Assembly (NCBI GenBank): GCA_963745025.1
Contig: CAVUWD010000016.1
Coordinates: forward strand, 864,001-928,000
Reading direction: 5' to 3'
Length of the DNA stretch: 64,000 bases
From: an uncultured delta proteobacterium
Lineage (GTDB): Bacteria > Desulfobacterota > Binatia > JACPRU01
The notes below the pieces were generated by a model. It searched no databases. It saw nothing but the letters and a program-made list of their open reading frames with translations, and had not been told where the DNA came from. Of the stretch, positions 1-9,599 are shown in pieces. The position numbers and the translations under genes are program-made. Each line of letters begins with the position of its first letter. The first letter of the stretch is position 1.

Positions 1-1494
1 TCCAGTTGCTGCGCTCGCCCATCGTCGCGCTGGTCGCGTCGTCGACGATGGGCCGTGTCGCGGCCCGCTTGCCAGCCACCGCCCATCGCCTTGTAGAGGC
101 TGATCAGGCTCTGCGCGATGCCGCCCTTCGTCGCCACGAGGCGCTCCTGCTGGCTGAAGAGCGCGCGCTGCGAATCGAGAACTCTCTCGAAGTCGACCAG
201 GCCCTCGCGGTACTGCACGTCGGCGATGTCGAGGGAGCGTCTCGCTGCCTGCACCGACTCGTCGAGGATCGCCACCTGCGTACGGAGCTGCGCGAAGCCG
301 ATGGCGGCGTCTTCGATTTCCCTGGCCGCGCGCAGCACCGTGTCCTGGTACTGCTCGTAGAGCTGCTGGAAGCGGGCATCCTCGACGAGCACCTGATTCG
401 TCAGGCGGCCGTGATCGAAGATGTTCCAGACGAGGGCGGGGCCGAGTGCCCCGTCGAGCGTGTACGGCGAACCCATGACCGACGAGGCCGACAGGACGAC
501 CGTAGCCCGTGAGCGCGATCGCAGGATAGAGCTCCGACTCGCTCACTCCGATCAGCGCCGACTGCGCGGCCATCTGCAGCTCGGCCGCGCGCACGTCGGG
601 CCGGCGGCGCAGCAGGTCGGCGGGAAGCTCCGCGATGATCCCGAGGTCCGCCTCGGGAATCCGCTCCCGTCCGGCCTCCATCTCGGGCAGCGGCCCCGGC
701 GGTCGCGCCAGCAGAATCGCGAGCGCGTTCTGCGCCTGGCGCAGGCTGCCCTCGATCTCGGGAATCGTCGCGAGCGTGCTCAGGTAGAGCGTGCGCGCCT
801 GCTGCACGTCGAGCTCGGACTCGTTGCCGCTGCGGAACAGGCGCTCGGTGATCTCGAGGCTGCGCTTCTGCAGCGCGGCGTTCTCGTGCGCGATGCGCAG
901 CCGCTGCTCGAGGGTGCGAATCGTGGCGTATGAGATCGCGGCTTGCGCCGCGACCAGGACCTGCAGATCGTCGTACTGCGCGATGCTCGCGAAATAGCCG
1001 GCGTCCGCCGCCTCGATGCCGCGGCGGAACTTGCCCCAGAGGTCCAGCTCCCAGCCGACGTCGAGCCCGACGGCGCCGGTCCAGAAGTCGCGATCGGGAC
1101 CGTCGCTCCGCTTCTTTGCGACGTACAGGCCCGCGGCGTTGAGCTGCTGCAGTTGCGGGTACAGCCCGCTGCCGGCGATGCCGAGCTGCGCGCGCGCCTC
1201 GAGGATGCGCATGCCCGCGGTGCGCACTCCGGGGTTGAGGCGCTGGGCTTCCTCCACCAGCTTCTCGAGAACCGGGTCGTCGAAGTTGCGCCACCACTCG
1301 TCGAGCTGCACCGGAGGCCGCCCGACTTCCTGCGACTCCGCCTCCGCCGACTGCAGCGCGTCGGCGGACCAGCCGTCGAGCCACGGCACCTCCGGGGGCT
1401 CGAAGTCGGGCCCGACCATGCACGAGGCGAGAAGAACGGGAGCGAGCAGGACGAGCGCGCGCGTCGGCGAAGACGTCGGCTGGACGGCCGGCAT
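1..1494 (-). CDS. NodT/TolC-family efflux outer-membrane lipoprotein (runs off left edge; one frameshift near 503)
   Basis: ATG at 1494 gives MPAVQPTSSPTRALVLLAPVLLASCMVGPDF (lipobox followed by VGPDF). Contains WELDLWGK, LLRRRPDVRAAE and, after a 1-base shift, LYKAMGGGW. Confidence 0.9.
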   Translation of the reverse strand, partial: MPAVQPTSSPTRALVLLAPVLLASCMVGPDFEPPEVPWLDGWSADALQSAEAESQEVGRPPVQLDEWWRNFDDPVLEKLVEEAQRLNPGVRTAGMRILEARAQLGIAGSGLYPQLQQLNAAGLYVAKKRSDGPDRDFWTGAVGLDVGWELDLWGKFRRGIEAADAGYFASIAQYDDLQVLVAAQAAISYATIRTLEQRLRIAHENAALQKRSLEITERLFRSGNESELDVQQARTLYLSTLATIPEIEGSLRQAQNALAILLARPPGPLPEMEAGRERIPEADLGIIAELPADLLRRRPDVRAAELQMAAQSALIGVSESELYPAIALTGYGRPVGLVGHGFAVHARRGTRPRPRLEHLRSRPPDESGARRGCPLPAALRAVPGHGAARGQGNRRRRHRLRAAPYAGGDPRRVGAGSETLPRHRRRAVPRGPGRLRESSRFAARALQPAGAPRGDEGRHRAEPDQPLQGDGRWLASGPRHGPSSTTRPARRWASAATG

Positions 1495-1498
1495 CGAT

Positions 1499-2629
1499 TC
1501 AGTCGGCCTGGGAAGCTCCGCCTTCCGGATGTGTTCGAGGCGCATCGGGATTCGTCGCGACCCATCCCATGAAGATCTGGTAGCCGAGCGCGAGAAGCGT
1601 GGCGCCGACGAACATGCCGAGGATGCCTGCCGCGGCCATGCCGCCGAGAGCGCCGAGAAGGATGACCGGCATCGGCGCATCCACGCCGCGGCCGAGCATC
1701 AACGGCTTCAGCACGTTGTCGGCCATGCCGGAGACGACGAGGAGGACCGTGTAGAGGATGGCAGCGCCGGTGCCGTAGTTGCCGCTCGACCAGAGGTAGC
1801 CGATGGCCGGCAGCGTGACGATCAGCGCCGGCACCTGCGCGATGCCGAGCACGAGGACGATGACTGCCAGCACGCCTGCCCACGGTATGCCGGCGATGAG
1901 CAGGCAGATGCCGACGATGATGGCCTGCAGGAACGCGACGCCGAGCACGCCCTTGGCGACCGCGCGGATGGTCGCCGTGGACAGGTCGACGAACTCCCCT
2001 CCGCGGTTCCCGTCGGCGACTCTCTCGAAGATCGAGCGGATCGCGCGCGCGCCGCCCTCGCCGAAGGCCATCATGATGCCGGCGACGGCGAGAGACGCGA
2101 GGAACTGCAACAGCCCGCCACCGATGCCGGCGACGAAACCGAGCGCCGCCTTGGCCAGGTTGCCGATCTTCGGCTGCATGCTCTGCACCAGTGCGGGCAG
2201 ATCGGTGTGCGCCTTCGTCCAGAACGCGTGCACCTTCTCGCCGACCAGCGGCCACTCGGCGACGCCTTCTCTTGGCGGTGGCACCTGGAGCGTGTTGTTC
2301 TGCACGTCGTTGATCAGTCGGTGCACCGAGTCGCCGAGCGAGTTCATCAGCGCCGCGGTCGGCACGACGACCACTACGACTCCGAGCAGAACGAGCAGCG
2401 TCGCGGCCAGTCCCTGACGGCCGCCGATCTTCGCGGCCACCGACTGGTGCAGGGGATAGAGAGTGACTGCCAGAATCAGAGCCCAGGTCATCAGGCTCAG
2501 GAACGGAGAGAACACCTGAAAGCAGAGCATGGCCAGGGCCAGGACGAGGCCGGCGCGAATGAGGACATCGAGAAGGAGGTCGGCGAGTCGTCTTTCGAAC
2601 TCGGGATCGGGATCGTGCAGTGTGCTCAT
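1499..2629 (-). CDS. AI-2E family transporter
   Basis: 376 aa polytopic membrane protein with ADNVLKPLMLGRGVDAP...GILGMFVG C-terminal signature. Confidence 0.9.
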   Translation of the reverse strand: MSTLHDPDPEFERRLADLLLDVLIRAGLVLALAMLCFQVFSPFLSLMTWALILAVTLYPLHQSVAAKIGGRQGLAATLLVLLGVVVVVVPTAALMNSLGDSVHRLINDVQNNTLQVPPPREGVAEWPLVGEKVHAFWTKAHTDLPALVQSMQPKIGNLAKAALGFVAGIGGGLLQFLASLAVAGIMMAFGEGGARAIRSIFERVADGNRGGEFVDLSTATIRAVAKGVLGVAFLQAIIVGICLLIAGIPWAGVLAVIVLVLGIAQVPALIVTLPAIGYLWSSGNYGTGAAILYTVLLVVSGMADNVLKPLMLGRGVDAPMPVILLGALGGMAAAGILGMFVGATLLALGYQIFMGWVATNPDAPRTHPEGGASQAD

Positions 2630-2984
2630 AAGGTGTCCCCGTCATGGATGGCCAGATCGACCATCGGCTGGCCCCGCGCGGGATCCGAGTTGCGCTAGCG
2701 GAGGATCCTCAATCCGCACGGGTTGTCAAGGTGTCGAGACCACGAAACTGAACGTGCAGCTATGGGGCTTCAGGGCGATCAGGCGGCGCGGCTCGAGACC
2801 CAGCGCCGCGCGAGCCGGGGATATCGGGGCAAGGGCAGGGGTGAGCGGCTGATATAGAGGCGTTCGGTGAACTTTCCAGGCTTGTCGCGCCTACGGCCCG
2901 TGCTGCCTACGGGCGGAGCTCTGCATAGCCGGGGTAGGTCCAGATCCCGCGGTGGTGCGAAGAATCCTCACTCACCTTGGCACT

Positions 2985-3227
2985 TCAATTACAGCCTTGG
3001 TTATTTTCCGTCCTGACACAGGTTTTACCACCGGGGCTCTTATAGACGCCCTTCCCGTTTTTTGTCTTGGCTTCTCCTCCCCTACTCGACTTCCTCGTCG
3101 TGACCCCAGCATCGTTCCTCTCTGACGACACGTCGACATCAGTTCTGTCACCACGCGTCCTAACGCGCTCAGCGAACACGTTCGAAGAAAACATCATCAC
3201 CATCAGTATTATCACCGTAATTCGCAT
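2985..3227 (-). CDS. Small secreted basic protein, 80 aa, copy 1
   Basis: Signal peptide ending VFA, GAAGGAGG RBS upstream, two C-terminal Cys, 74/80 identical to copy 2. Confidence 0.75.
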   Translation of the reverse strand: MRITVIILMVMMFSSNVFAERVRTRGDRTDVDVSSERNDAGVTTRKSSRGGEAKTKNGKGVYKSPGGKTCVRTENNQGCN

Positions 3228-3429
3228 GACTACCTCCTTCTGTTGGGCGACGCACCGTGCTCAACCCCTTCTCAAATCGTCGGATCGCGGGACCGCGTCG
3301 ACGCAAACCCCGCTATTATGCCCGCACACCCGCACCGCGCAAGGCTTCCGCGTACCCATGCGAAAACCCGTATGGGGCGCGGCTTTCCGCGCATATCTTC
3401 GCAAACCCGTATGGGGCGCGGATTTTCGG

Positions 3430-3553
3430 TGCGGAGCAGACCGGCGTCGCGGCAACGACGTTGCTCAAGCGCTACGGCAAGTTCATTCACACGCTCGACG
3501 CGGACCGCGCCGAGCTTTCGAAGATCGACGGTGAAGGCGGTACAGATTGCCCA
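3430..3553 (+). pseudogene. Possible C-terminal remnant of a tyrosine recombinase
   Basis: AEQTGVAATTLLKRYGKFIH resembles the integrase box II tail (xxQxG...xxxY). No upstream part of the gene is present. Confidence 0.4.
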
Positions 3554-3724
3554 CGGTCTGCCCACGACGACGAGGGGGAAAACTCAACCGCTGAAGTGCG
3601 TGCCGCCGCCCGCTGCCCTCGACTCGATCACCCGCTTGTGCGCCCCGTCGAAACGGGCGTAGAGCGAGCGTGTCTGCGTCCGATATCAACTGCGCTAGGT
3701 AGCTTTCAGGTCCTTGTGGCCGCT

Positions 3725-4083
3725 ATCCGCCGACTGTTCTCGTCGCGTAGCGTCTGCACTTCCGGCGCCGTCGCCTCCCGCGTCGTGTCGCCAAGCAGCC
3801 GCTTCTTTCCCGCCTCCAGAAACTCCTTGCTCCAGCGGTAGTACAGGTTCGGCGCCAGCCCCTCGCGCCGACAGAGCTCCGCGATGCTCTCCTCGCCGCG
3901 CAATCCTTCGAGGATGATCCGGATCTTCTCTTCCGCCGAAAACGTCGGCGCGTGCGGCGGTGAATCTCCCGCACGACCTTCTCACTGCTTGCTCCCTTGC
4001 CCATCGTTCCCTCCTCGCGTTGCGGCCGGGAGTGTCTCTTAGTTTACGAACGGCCGTGGTCCAAATTCATCTGAACCCGAACA
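3725..4083 (-). mobile_element. Truncated IS3-family element (left end plus frameshifted orfA)
   Basis: RRRFSAEEKIRIILEGLRGEESIAELCRREGLAPNLYYRWSKEFLEAGK is an IS3 OrfA HTH. The end begins 5'-TGTTCGGGTTCAGATG at 4083. No orfB. Confidence 0.85.
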
Positions 4084-4181
4084 GGCTTGACCGCTCCTGT
4101 AAGATGACGGCCGTTGGAAGTTAAGGGCGCGGCCCTACTCCTTGGCGAGAAACCGATCCGGTCCCGAATTGGGGGAGGCAC

Positions 4182-5768
4182 ATGGACTTCATCAATACCT
4201 CACTCGAACAGCAGCCGCTCATGGCACTCTTCCTGACGATCGCGATCGGATACCTGTTGGGAGAAGTCAGTGTCGGGGGACTATCGCTGGGGGTGGGAAT
4301 GGTCCTATTCGTCGCGCTGGGCATGGGTTGTTTGGCGCCGAAGGCGGCACCCCCAGCGATGCTGGGGAACTTCGGTCTCGCACTCTTTCTCTATGCGGTC
4401 GGCATTCAGTACGGGAAGCAGTTCTTCATCGGAGTTACGAGCGCCTCGGGACTCAAGGACAATCTGGTGGCCCTTACCGGAGTGATGATCTCCGGGGCTG
4501 TCGCGCTCCTTTTCGTCAAGTTCCTGAACCTCAAGACTGCCTATGCCCTCGGCCTCTTCACGGGCTCGGGAACGTCCACCCCGGCGCTCCAGGCCGCAAT
4601 CGCGGCGCTCGGGAATGACGACCCCGCGGTGGGATATTCGGTCGCCTATCCGTTCGGTGTGGCCGGCCCTATCCTGTTCCTTTTTCTAGCCTTCACGCTG
4701 CTGAAGCCTAAGATCGACGTGCCCGCGGGCGCCGGGATGGAGCTGCTCGAGTTCGCCCTCAAACGGCCCGAGTATTTCGGCAAGCGTCTGAGCGAGGTGA
4801 CGGCCGTGCTCCCCCCCGAAGTGCGGATCGTGGCCCTCCGCCGCGAGCAGCAGAATCAACCCGCGTCTCCAGAGCTTGTCCTCCGCGAAGGCGACGTGTT
4901 GCTTGGCGTGGCACCCTCCCGGGCGATGCTCGATCGGCTGGAGAAGACCCTCGGCGAAGCGGTGCCCGGCAGTATGACTGTGGATCGCCGGCACCTCGAC
5001 TATCTGCGCGTCTTCGCCTCGCGGGCTACCGTAGTGGGCCGGACGCTCGGCGAGCTCGTGTTGCCGGCCGACAAGGCGTCAATCGTGGTGCAGGTCCGCC
5101 GCGGCGATACCGATCTCCTCCCGGAGACGGAGCTCGTATTGGAGTACGGCGATCGCGTCGGGCTTCTGGCTCACCGCGCCGACTTCCCGGCCCTGCGCGC
5201 GTACTTCGGGGATTCCATCAAAGCGGCGGCGGAGTTCAGCTACATCTCCATCGGACTGGGGATGGCTTTGGGTTTCATCGTCGGTGCGATCAAGATCCCG
5301 CTGCCAGGGATCGGCCGGGTCAGCATGGGATTGTCGGGAGTGCTGATCGTCGCGTTGATCCTGGGATCCCGCCGCCGCAGCGCCGGCCTGAGCTGGGTCA
5401 TTCCTCTTCCCGCCTCGATCGTACTGCGCAATCTCGGGTTGACGGTGTTTCTCGCGCAGGTCGGGATGGCGTCCGGCCCCAAATTCGCGGCGACAGTCTT
5501 GGATACCGGTCTCCTGATGCTTAGCCTGGGGGCGATAGTCTTGGCGGCGATGGTCCTACCAATCTTGCTGCTCGGCCTGTTCGTCTTCCGGATGCCCTTC
5601 GACCGCGTGATGGGGATCATCGCGGGCACCTGCGGCAACCCCGCAATCCTGGCCTATATCAACCGGTTGGTGCCGAACGAAAAGCCGGACCTCGGGTACG
5701 CCACGATCTTCCCCGGCATGACCATCGTCAAAATCCTGTTCGTCTCGATCGTCCCGGCCTTGATGTGA
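4182..5768 (+). CDS. YidE/YbjL (AspT-type) transporter with TrkA-C domains
   Basis: Duplicated membrane halves ([18 protein letters not shown]) flanking two RCK_C-like domains. Confidence 0.9.
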   Translation: MDFINTSLEQQPLMALFLTIAIGYLLGEVSVGGLSLGVGMVLFVALGMGCLAPKAAPPAMLGNFGLALFLYAVGIQYGKQFFIGVTSASGLKDNLVALTGVMISGAVALLFVKFLNLKTAYALGLFTGSGTSTPALQAAIAALGNDDPAVGYSVAYPFGVAGPILFLFLAFTLLKPKIDVPAGAGMELLEFALKRPEYFGKRLSEVTAVLPPEVRIVALRREQQNQPASPELVLREGDVLLGVAPSRAMLDRLEKTLGEAVPGSMTVDRRHLDYLRVFASRATVVGRTLGELVLPADKASIVVQVRRGDTDLLPETELVLEYGDRVGLLAHRADFPALRAYFGDSIKAAAEFSYISIGLGMALGFIVGAIKIPLPGIGRVSMGLSGVLIVALILGSRRRSAGLSWVIPLPASIVLRNLGLTVFLAQVGMASGPKFAATVLDTGLLMLSLGAIVLAAMVLPILLLGLFVFRMPFDRVMGIIAGTCGNPAILAYINRLVPNEKPDLGYATIFPGMTIVKILFVSIVPALM

Positions 5769-5785
5769 CGGGCCCGTCTCAGTAC

Positions 5786-6046
5786 GTCGCCTACGAGTCA
5801 GTGTGGGCAATCGGCACGGGGCGCGCGGCGACGCCGGCGCAAGCCGAAGAGGTGCATGCGAAATTGCGAGAGGTCGTCGCGGAAGTCACGGACGGAAATG
5901 AAGCGCAACGATTGCGAATTCTCTACGGAGGTAGCGTCAAACCGGAAAACATCGATGCGCTGACGGCGCAGCCCGACATCGATGGCGCGCTGGTCGGGGG
6001 CGCGAGTCTCGATGTCGAGAGCTTCGCGCGCATCGTCGAATTCTAG
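5786..6046 (+). pseudogene. tpiA: 3' fragment of triosephosphate isomerase
   Basis: [12 protein letters not shown]...LYGGSVKP...[10 protein letters not shown]. The N-terminal ~160 aa are absent. Confidence 0.9.
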
Positions 6047-6054
6047 AGGATACC

Positions 6055-6171
6055 GTGGTCATTGTCGTCGTCACCGTACTTCACCTGGTCGCCTGCGTGT
6101 TCTTGATCCTCGTCGTTCTCTTGCAAACCGGCAAAGGCGCCGAGATGGTCGCAGTCGGCGGCGGCGGGTAG
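6055..6171 (+). pseudogene. secG: 5' fragment of preprotein translocase SecG
   Basis: GAGGA RBS, then GTG start of VVIVVVTVLHLVACVFLILVVLLQTGKGAEMVAVGGGG*. Directly follows tpiA, as in the usual tpiA-secG order. Confidence 0.85.
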
Positions 6172-6257
6172 CAAGCGACGAATTCGTCGAGATCGGCGCG
6201 AGTGAGTCGGTTCTCCTTCAGCGTGAAGTGGTGGTTCGTGCGGAAGTCGTAGAACCA
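6168..6257 (-). pseudogene. Internal fragment of a type I R-M methyltransferase (HsdM-like)
   Basis: WFYDFRTNHHFTLKENRLTRADLDEFVACY matches a remembered HsdM C-terminal block (WxYDxRTNxHFTLK). Confidence 0.65.
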
Positions 6258-6363
6258 CGGCGGTCAGGAAGCGGACCTTGTCGTCGACGAGCACGTAGTG
6301 CTCGGCCGGATGGCGCCGCTCGACGTCGCCGAGCTCCTGCTCGTTGTGGATGTAGATGAGGAC
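6256..6363 (-). pseudogene. Internal fragment of a HAD-family hydrolase
   Basis: VLIYIHNEQELGDVERRHPAEHYVLVDDKVRFLTAV, with a motif IV-like hydrophobic-DD. Confidence 0.6.
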
Positions 6364-6392
6364 TCGTCATCTCATCCTTCGCCGCCGTAGGA

Positions 6393-6427
6393 AACGGCCG
6401 CGTCCCCCAGGCGGGGGCGCGGCCGTT
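6393..6427 (-). terminator. GC-rich hairpin downstream of the OmpA gene, probable terminator
   Basis: AACGGCCGCG(T)CCCC...GGGG(G)CGCGGCCGTT inverted repeat ~30 nt after the stop. The U-tract is short. Confidence 0.5.
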
Positions 6428-6454
6428 CTCAAGCTGAACCGGGGCTTTCTCGGC

Positions 6455-6958
6455 CTACTGGGCCGGTACTAGCTCGACGCGGCGGTTCTGGGCTCGGCCC
6501 TCTGCCGTGTCGTTGGTCGCGACGAAGTCCGTCTTGCCGAACCCCTTCGGTACCAGGCGGTCTTCCGGAATTCCGGCCTTCACCAGGTACTTCACGACCG
6601 ATTCCGCTCGACGCTCCGACAGCTTCTGGTTGTACTTCACGCTGCCGACTGCGTCGCAGTAGCCGTTGACGTTCACGGTCACGCCCGGATTGGCCTTGAG
6701 CGCCGAAGCAGCCTCATCCAGTACGGCAGCATCACCCGGACGGATGTTCGACTTGTTGAAGTCGAAGTGCACTCCGCGTAGAACCAGCTTCTCCTTGGCC
6801 GGCGGTGGAGCCGGCGGAGGTGGAGCCGGAGCCGCAACCTTGGGTGGCGGTGGTGGAGGCGTTGGCGGATGAGCGCAGCAACTAGCGAGCATGCTACCCA
6901 TCAAGGCGGCTACCACGATTCCAGCGACGGACTCTACGAATTTTGGCTTTACTTCCAC
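6455..6958 (-). CDS. OmpA-family peptidoglycan-binding lipoprotein
   Basis: Lipobox LASC, Pro-rich linker, FDFNKS...NQKLSERRA...AQNRRVE. Confidence 0.95.
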   Translation of the reverse strand: MEVKPKFVESVAGIVVAALMGSMLASCCAHPPTPPPPPPKVAAPAPPPPAPPPAKEKLVLRGVHFDFNKSNIRPGDAAVLDEAASALKANPGVTVNVNGYCDAVGSVKYNQKLSERRAESVVKYLVKAGIPEDRLVPKGFGKTDFVATNDTAEGRAQNRRVELVPAQ

Positions 6959-7113
6959 CTTATTCCTCCTCGTCTAGACCCCTGTCTTGCGGCCGAAACT
7001 ACTCCTTTGATATCGTCAATCGACCCGAAGGCAATCCACTCAACAAACCTCCACGGACAGATCCCGCGCTCCCCGCGCTCGACATCCCGCGTTTCTCTCG
7101 AGTGCGCAGATGG

Positions 7114-7797
7114 TCACCACACCGGAGGGCAGAAGTAGAATCTGAAGCCACCGCCGATCAGCTGCTGACCGAATCGACGATTACCGTCGCCGAGGTCCAG
7201 GGCCACGTACTCGAGGTAGTTGTACTCGACGAAGGTACTGATCTGGGGTGTCAAGTAATAATCGACCCCGGCGATGCCACCCCAAGCGAGGGAACCGCTG
7301 TTGCCGCCGCCGACGGTAAAAGTTTGGCCGCCCACATGCACATCACTGCTCCCGGTTTCCGCATAATAGGCTCCGATGCTGGGACCGAGGTAGGGCTGAA
7401 ACTTATCGAAGGCGAACCTCAAAATAAAGTTCGTCATAGCCGCTCCGGAGTTAATCATATTGCTATGGTCGGCGATCTCAATCCCATTTTGCTCGATGTG
7501 GGAGCCGGTCGAGAGGCCGTTGTAGAACACGTCTTCTTCAAGGGCGAAGCGATACGGGCCTGTCCCGAAGACGTAGCCGAGCTTGATTCCACCATACCCG
7601 CCAACGTTGTGATCGATATGGAGCGAAGTTCTCCCAACGGAAAAGCTGTCGTCAAAGCTCTGATAGACATTGGCGCCCCCATGCAAAGCCACGTACCCGC
7701 CGGTACCAGGCGCCGGGGTGCCCGCCGGGGTGGCCGCGAATACGGGACTAGCGAGCAGTGCGGCCACGCTGATTAAGGTAACGTAAACGCTTTTCAT
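7114..7797 (-). CDS. Small outer-membrane beta-barrel protein
   Basis: Signal peptide MKSVY...VFA, amphipathic beta strands, QPYLG, near-terminal GFRFYF. Confidence 0.85.
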   Translation of the reverse strand: MKSVYVTLISVAALLASPVFAATPAGTPAPGTGGYVALHGGANVYQSFDDSFSVGRTSLHIDHNVGGYGGIKLGYVFGTGPYRFALEEDVFYNGLSTGSHIEQNGIEIADHSNMINSGAAMTNFILRFAFDKFQPYLGPSIGAYYAETGSSDVHVGGQTFTVGGGNSGSLAWGGIAGVDYYLTPQISTFVEYNYLEYVALDLGDGNRRFGQQLIGGGFRFYFCPPVW

Positions 7798-7841
7798 TTT
7801 TGTTCTCCCAATCTCGTAGCGTTGCGGCAGTGACGCGATGC

Positions 7842-8315
7842 TCACGGCCGATGCTCGGCGAAGACCTCGAGCTTACCGTCCTTCTGCACGGCGAGGACCG
7901 AATAGGCCTGCGGGTTCGGGCCGTCCATGCCGGGTGATCCGATCGGCATTCCCGGAACGGCGAGCCCGGAGATATCCGGATGCTCGGCGAGCAGACGAGA
8001 GATGTCTTCCGGCGGTACGTGTCCCTCTATGAAGTAGCCGCCGACGACGGCGGTATGGCAAGACTCGGCCTCGGACGGGACGCCAAGTTTGCGCTTCACT
8101 GAATTCATACCCAGGACGTTCGAAACGGCCACCTTGTAGCCTCGGCTCCGCACGTAGTCAACCCACCTCTGGCAACAACCGCACATTGGCGGCCTGTAGA
8201 CCTGGATGACCTGCGGATCGGCTTCGGTTGGATGGGCGTGAGGCGTGACACAGCCCGCGAGGACCAGTCCCCCGATAGCTGAGAGGACCATCGCCAAGTG
8301 CCTCATCGGATTCAT
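7842..8315 (-). CDS. DUF411 metal-binding protein (possible lipoprotein)
   Basis: CGCC, SCHTA, IEGHVP and GLAVPGMPIGSPGM motifs; LAGC lipobox. Confidence 0.9.
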   Translation of the reverse strand: MNPMRHLAMVLSAIGGLVLAGCVTPHAHPTEADPQVIQVYRPPMCGCCQRWVDYVRSRGYKVAVSNVLGMNSVKRKLGVPSEAESCHTAVVGGYFIEGHVPPEDISRLLAEHPDISGLAVPGMPIGSPGMDGPNPQAYSVLAVQKDGKLEVFAEHRP

Positions 8316-8631
8316 TATCAAAACCGGACGGGGCCGGGTCAACGAAGTCTTATGGGTCTTGGACGTGAACGCAAGGGGGTATGTTACATGCCGTTAAAAT
8401 CCGCGAACCGAGTTCGAGACGCGGCGTAGCTTGCCGGCGCCCTCGAACGCGCGGAGCACGGAGATCGATTCCGCTCGACTACCGTCGGTGTCGTGAACGC
8501 CCAGCCCTCGACGGCGTCCGTGACGGTGGCGTCGAACTGGGCTGCCGGCTCTTGGGATTCAGACCTGCACACGGGGGTCCGAGACGAGGCTCTCCGCGAT
8601 CATCAGATCGTGCGGCTCGTCACCGGCTATT

Positions 8632-8781
8632 CGCCCGATTGAAAGGCTTCCGCGATATGAAGCGGCTCATCGCCGCTCTCGATGGCCTCGATACCAACTC
8701 AGGAGTGCAACAGAGGAAACAAGTCGCCTAAAAACTGCGACCCAGGAACCGCCACCGTTCAAACAGCGAACGGGACATCCC
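8632..8781 (+). mobile_element. 3' remnant of an IS256-family element
   Basis: RLKGFRDMKRLIAAL...QVA* followed by AACAGCGAACGGGACATCCC, resembling IS256-type right ends. Confidence 0.55.
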
Positions 8782-8816
8782 CGGGCGATGCTTCTAAGAT
8801 TCCTTGATCCCAACTA

Positions 8817-9359
8817 CACTTCAATTGCAGCCTTGGTTATTTTCCGTCCTGACACAGGTTTTACCACCGGGGCTCTTATAGACGCCCTTCCCGTCTTTAG
8901 TTTTGGCTTCTCCCCCCCTACTCGACTTCCTCGTCGTGACCCCAGCGTCGTTCTTCTCTGACGACACGTCGACATCAGTTCTGTCACGACGCGTCCTAAC
9001 GCGCTCAGCGAACACGTTCGAAGAAAACACCATCACCATCAGTAGTATCACCGAAATTCGCATGACGACCTCCTTCTGTTGGGCCTGTTGGGCGACGCAC
9101 CGTGCTCAACCCCTTCTCAAACCGTCGAATCGCGGAACCGCGTCGACGCAACCCCCCGCTACTATGCCCGCACCCCCGCTCCGCGCAAGGCTTCTGCGTA
9201 CCCATGCGGAGACCCGCATGGGGCGCGGATTTTCGGTGCGGAGAGACCGGCGTCGCGGCAACGACGTTGCTCAAACACTACGGCAAGTTGATTCACACGC
9301 TCGACGCGGACCGCGCCGAGCTTTCGAGGATCGGGGGTGAAGGCGGTATAGATTGCCCA
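8817..9359. repeat. Direct repeat copy 2 (copy 1 at 2981-3553)
   Basis: Same alignment as copy 1. Has an extra CTGTTGGGC duplication and lacks one AAACCCGTATGGGGCGCGG unit. Confidence 0.95.
8821..9063 (-). CDS. Small secreted basic protein, 80 aa, copy 2
   Basis: Paralog of 2985-3227 with intact RBS and signal peptide. Confidence 0.75.
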   Translation of the reverse strand: MRISVILLMVMVFSSNVFAERVRTRRDRTDVDVSSEKNDAGVTTRKSSRGGEAKTKDGKGVYKSPGGKTCVRTENNQGCN

Positions 9360-9599
9360 ACCATTATGTAACTTTTCAGGTCCTTGTGGCCGCCTTCCCC
9401 ATGTGGCCTGCGCACCCGCTCCTTGAATCCCCGTAACCAGCAGGTCTATGCGTGCTAGCACGATCCCCGAAGGTCGGACAAAATGGATCTGCGACGAGGC
9501 AACCACTTTGAGAACATGAGGAGAAGTCGCGTGCCATTCGATGAGTTGAGCAAGACATGCGGCACCGACCTGACGATCGCGCGCGCCATGAGGACACCT

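Larger units (their letters stand above)
2981..3553. repeat. Direct repeat copy 1 (~570 bp; copy 2 at 8817-9359)
   Basis: Aligns by eye from CACTTCAATT to GTGAAGGCGGTA(C/T)AGATTGCCCA with scattered substitutions and small indels. Confidence 0.95.

Noticed and set aside
3704-3723. TTTCAGGTCCTTGTGGCCGC as a tRNA-Phe fragment
   Set aside because: Only loose similarity to an anticodon arm; no cloverleaf or T-loop. Kept only as a repeated motif.
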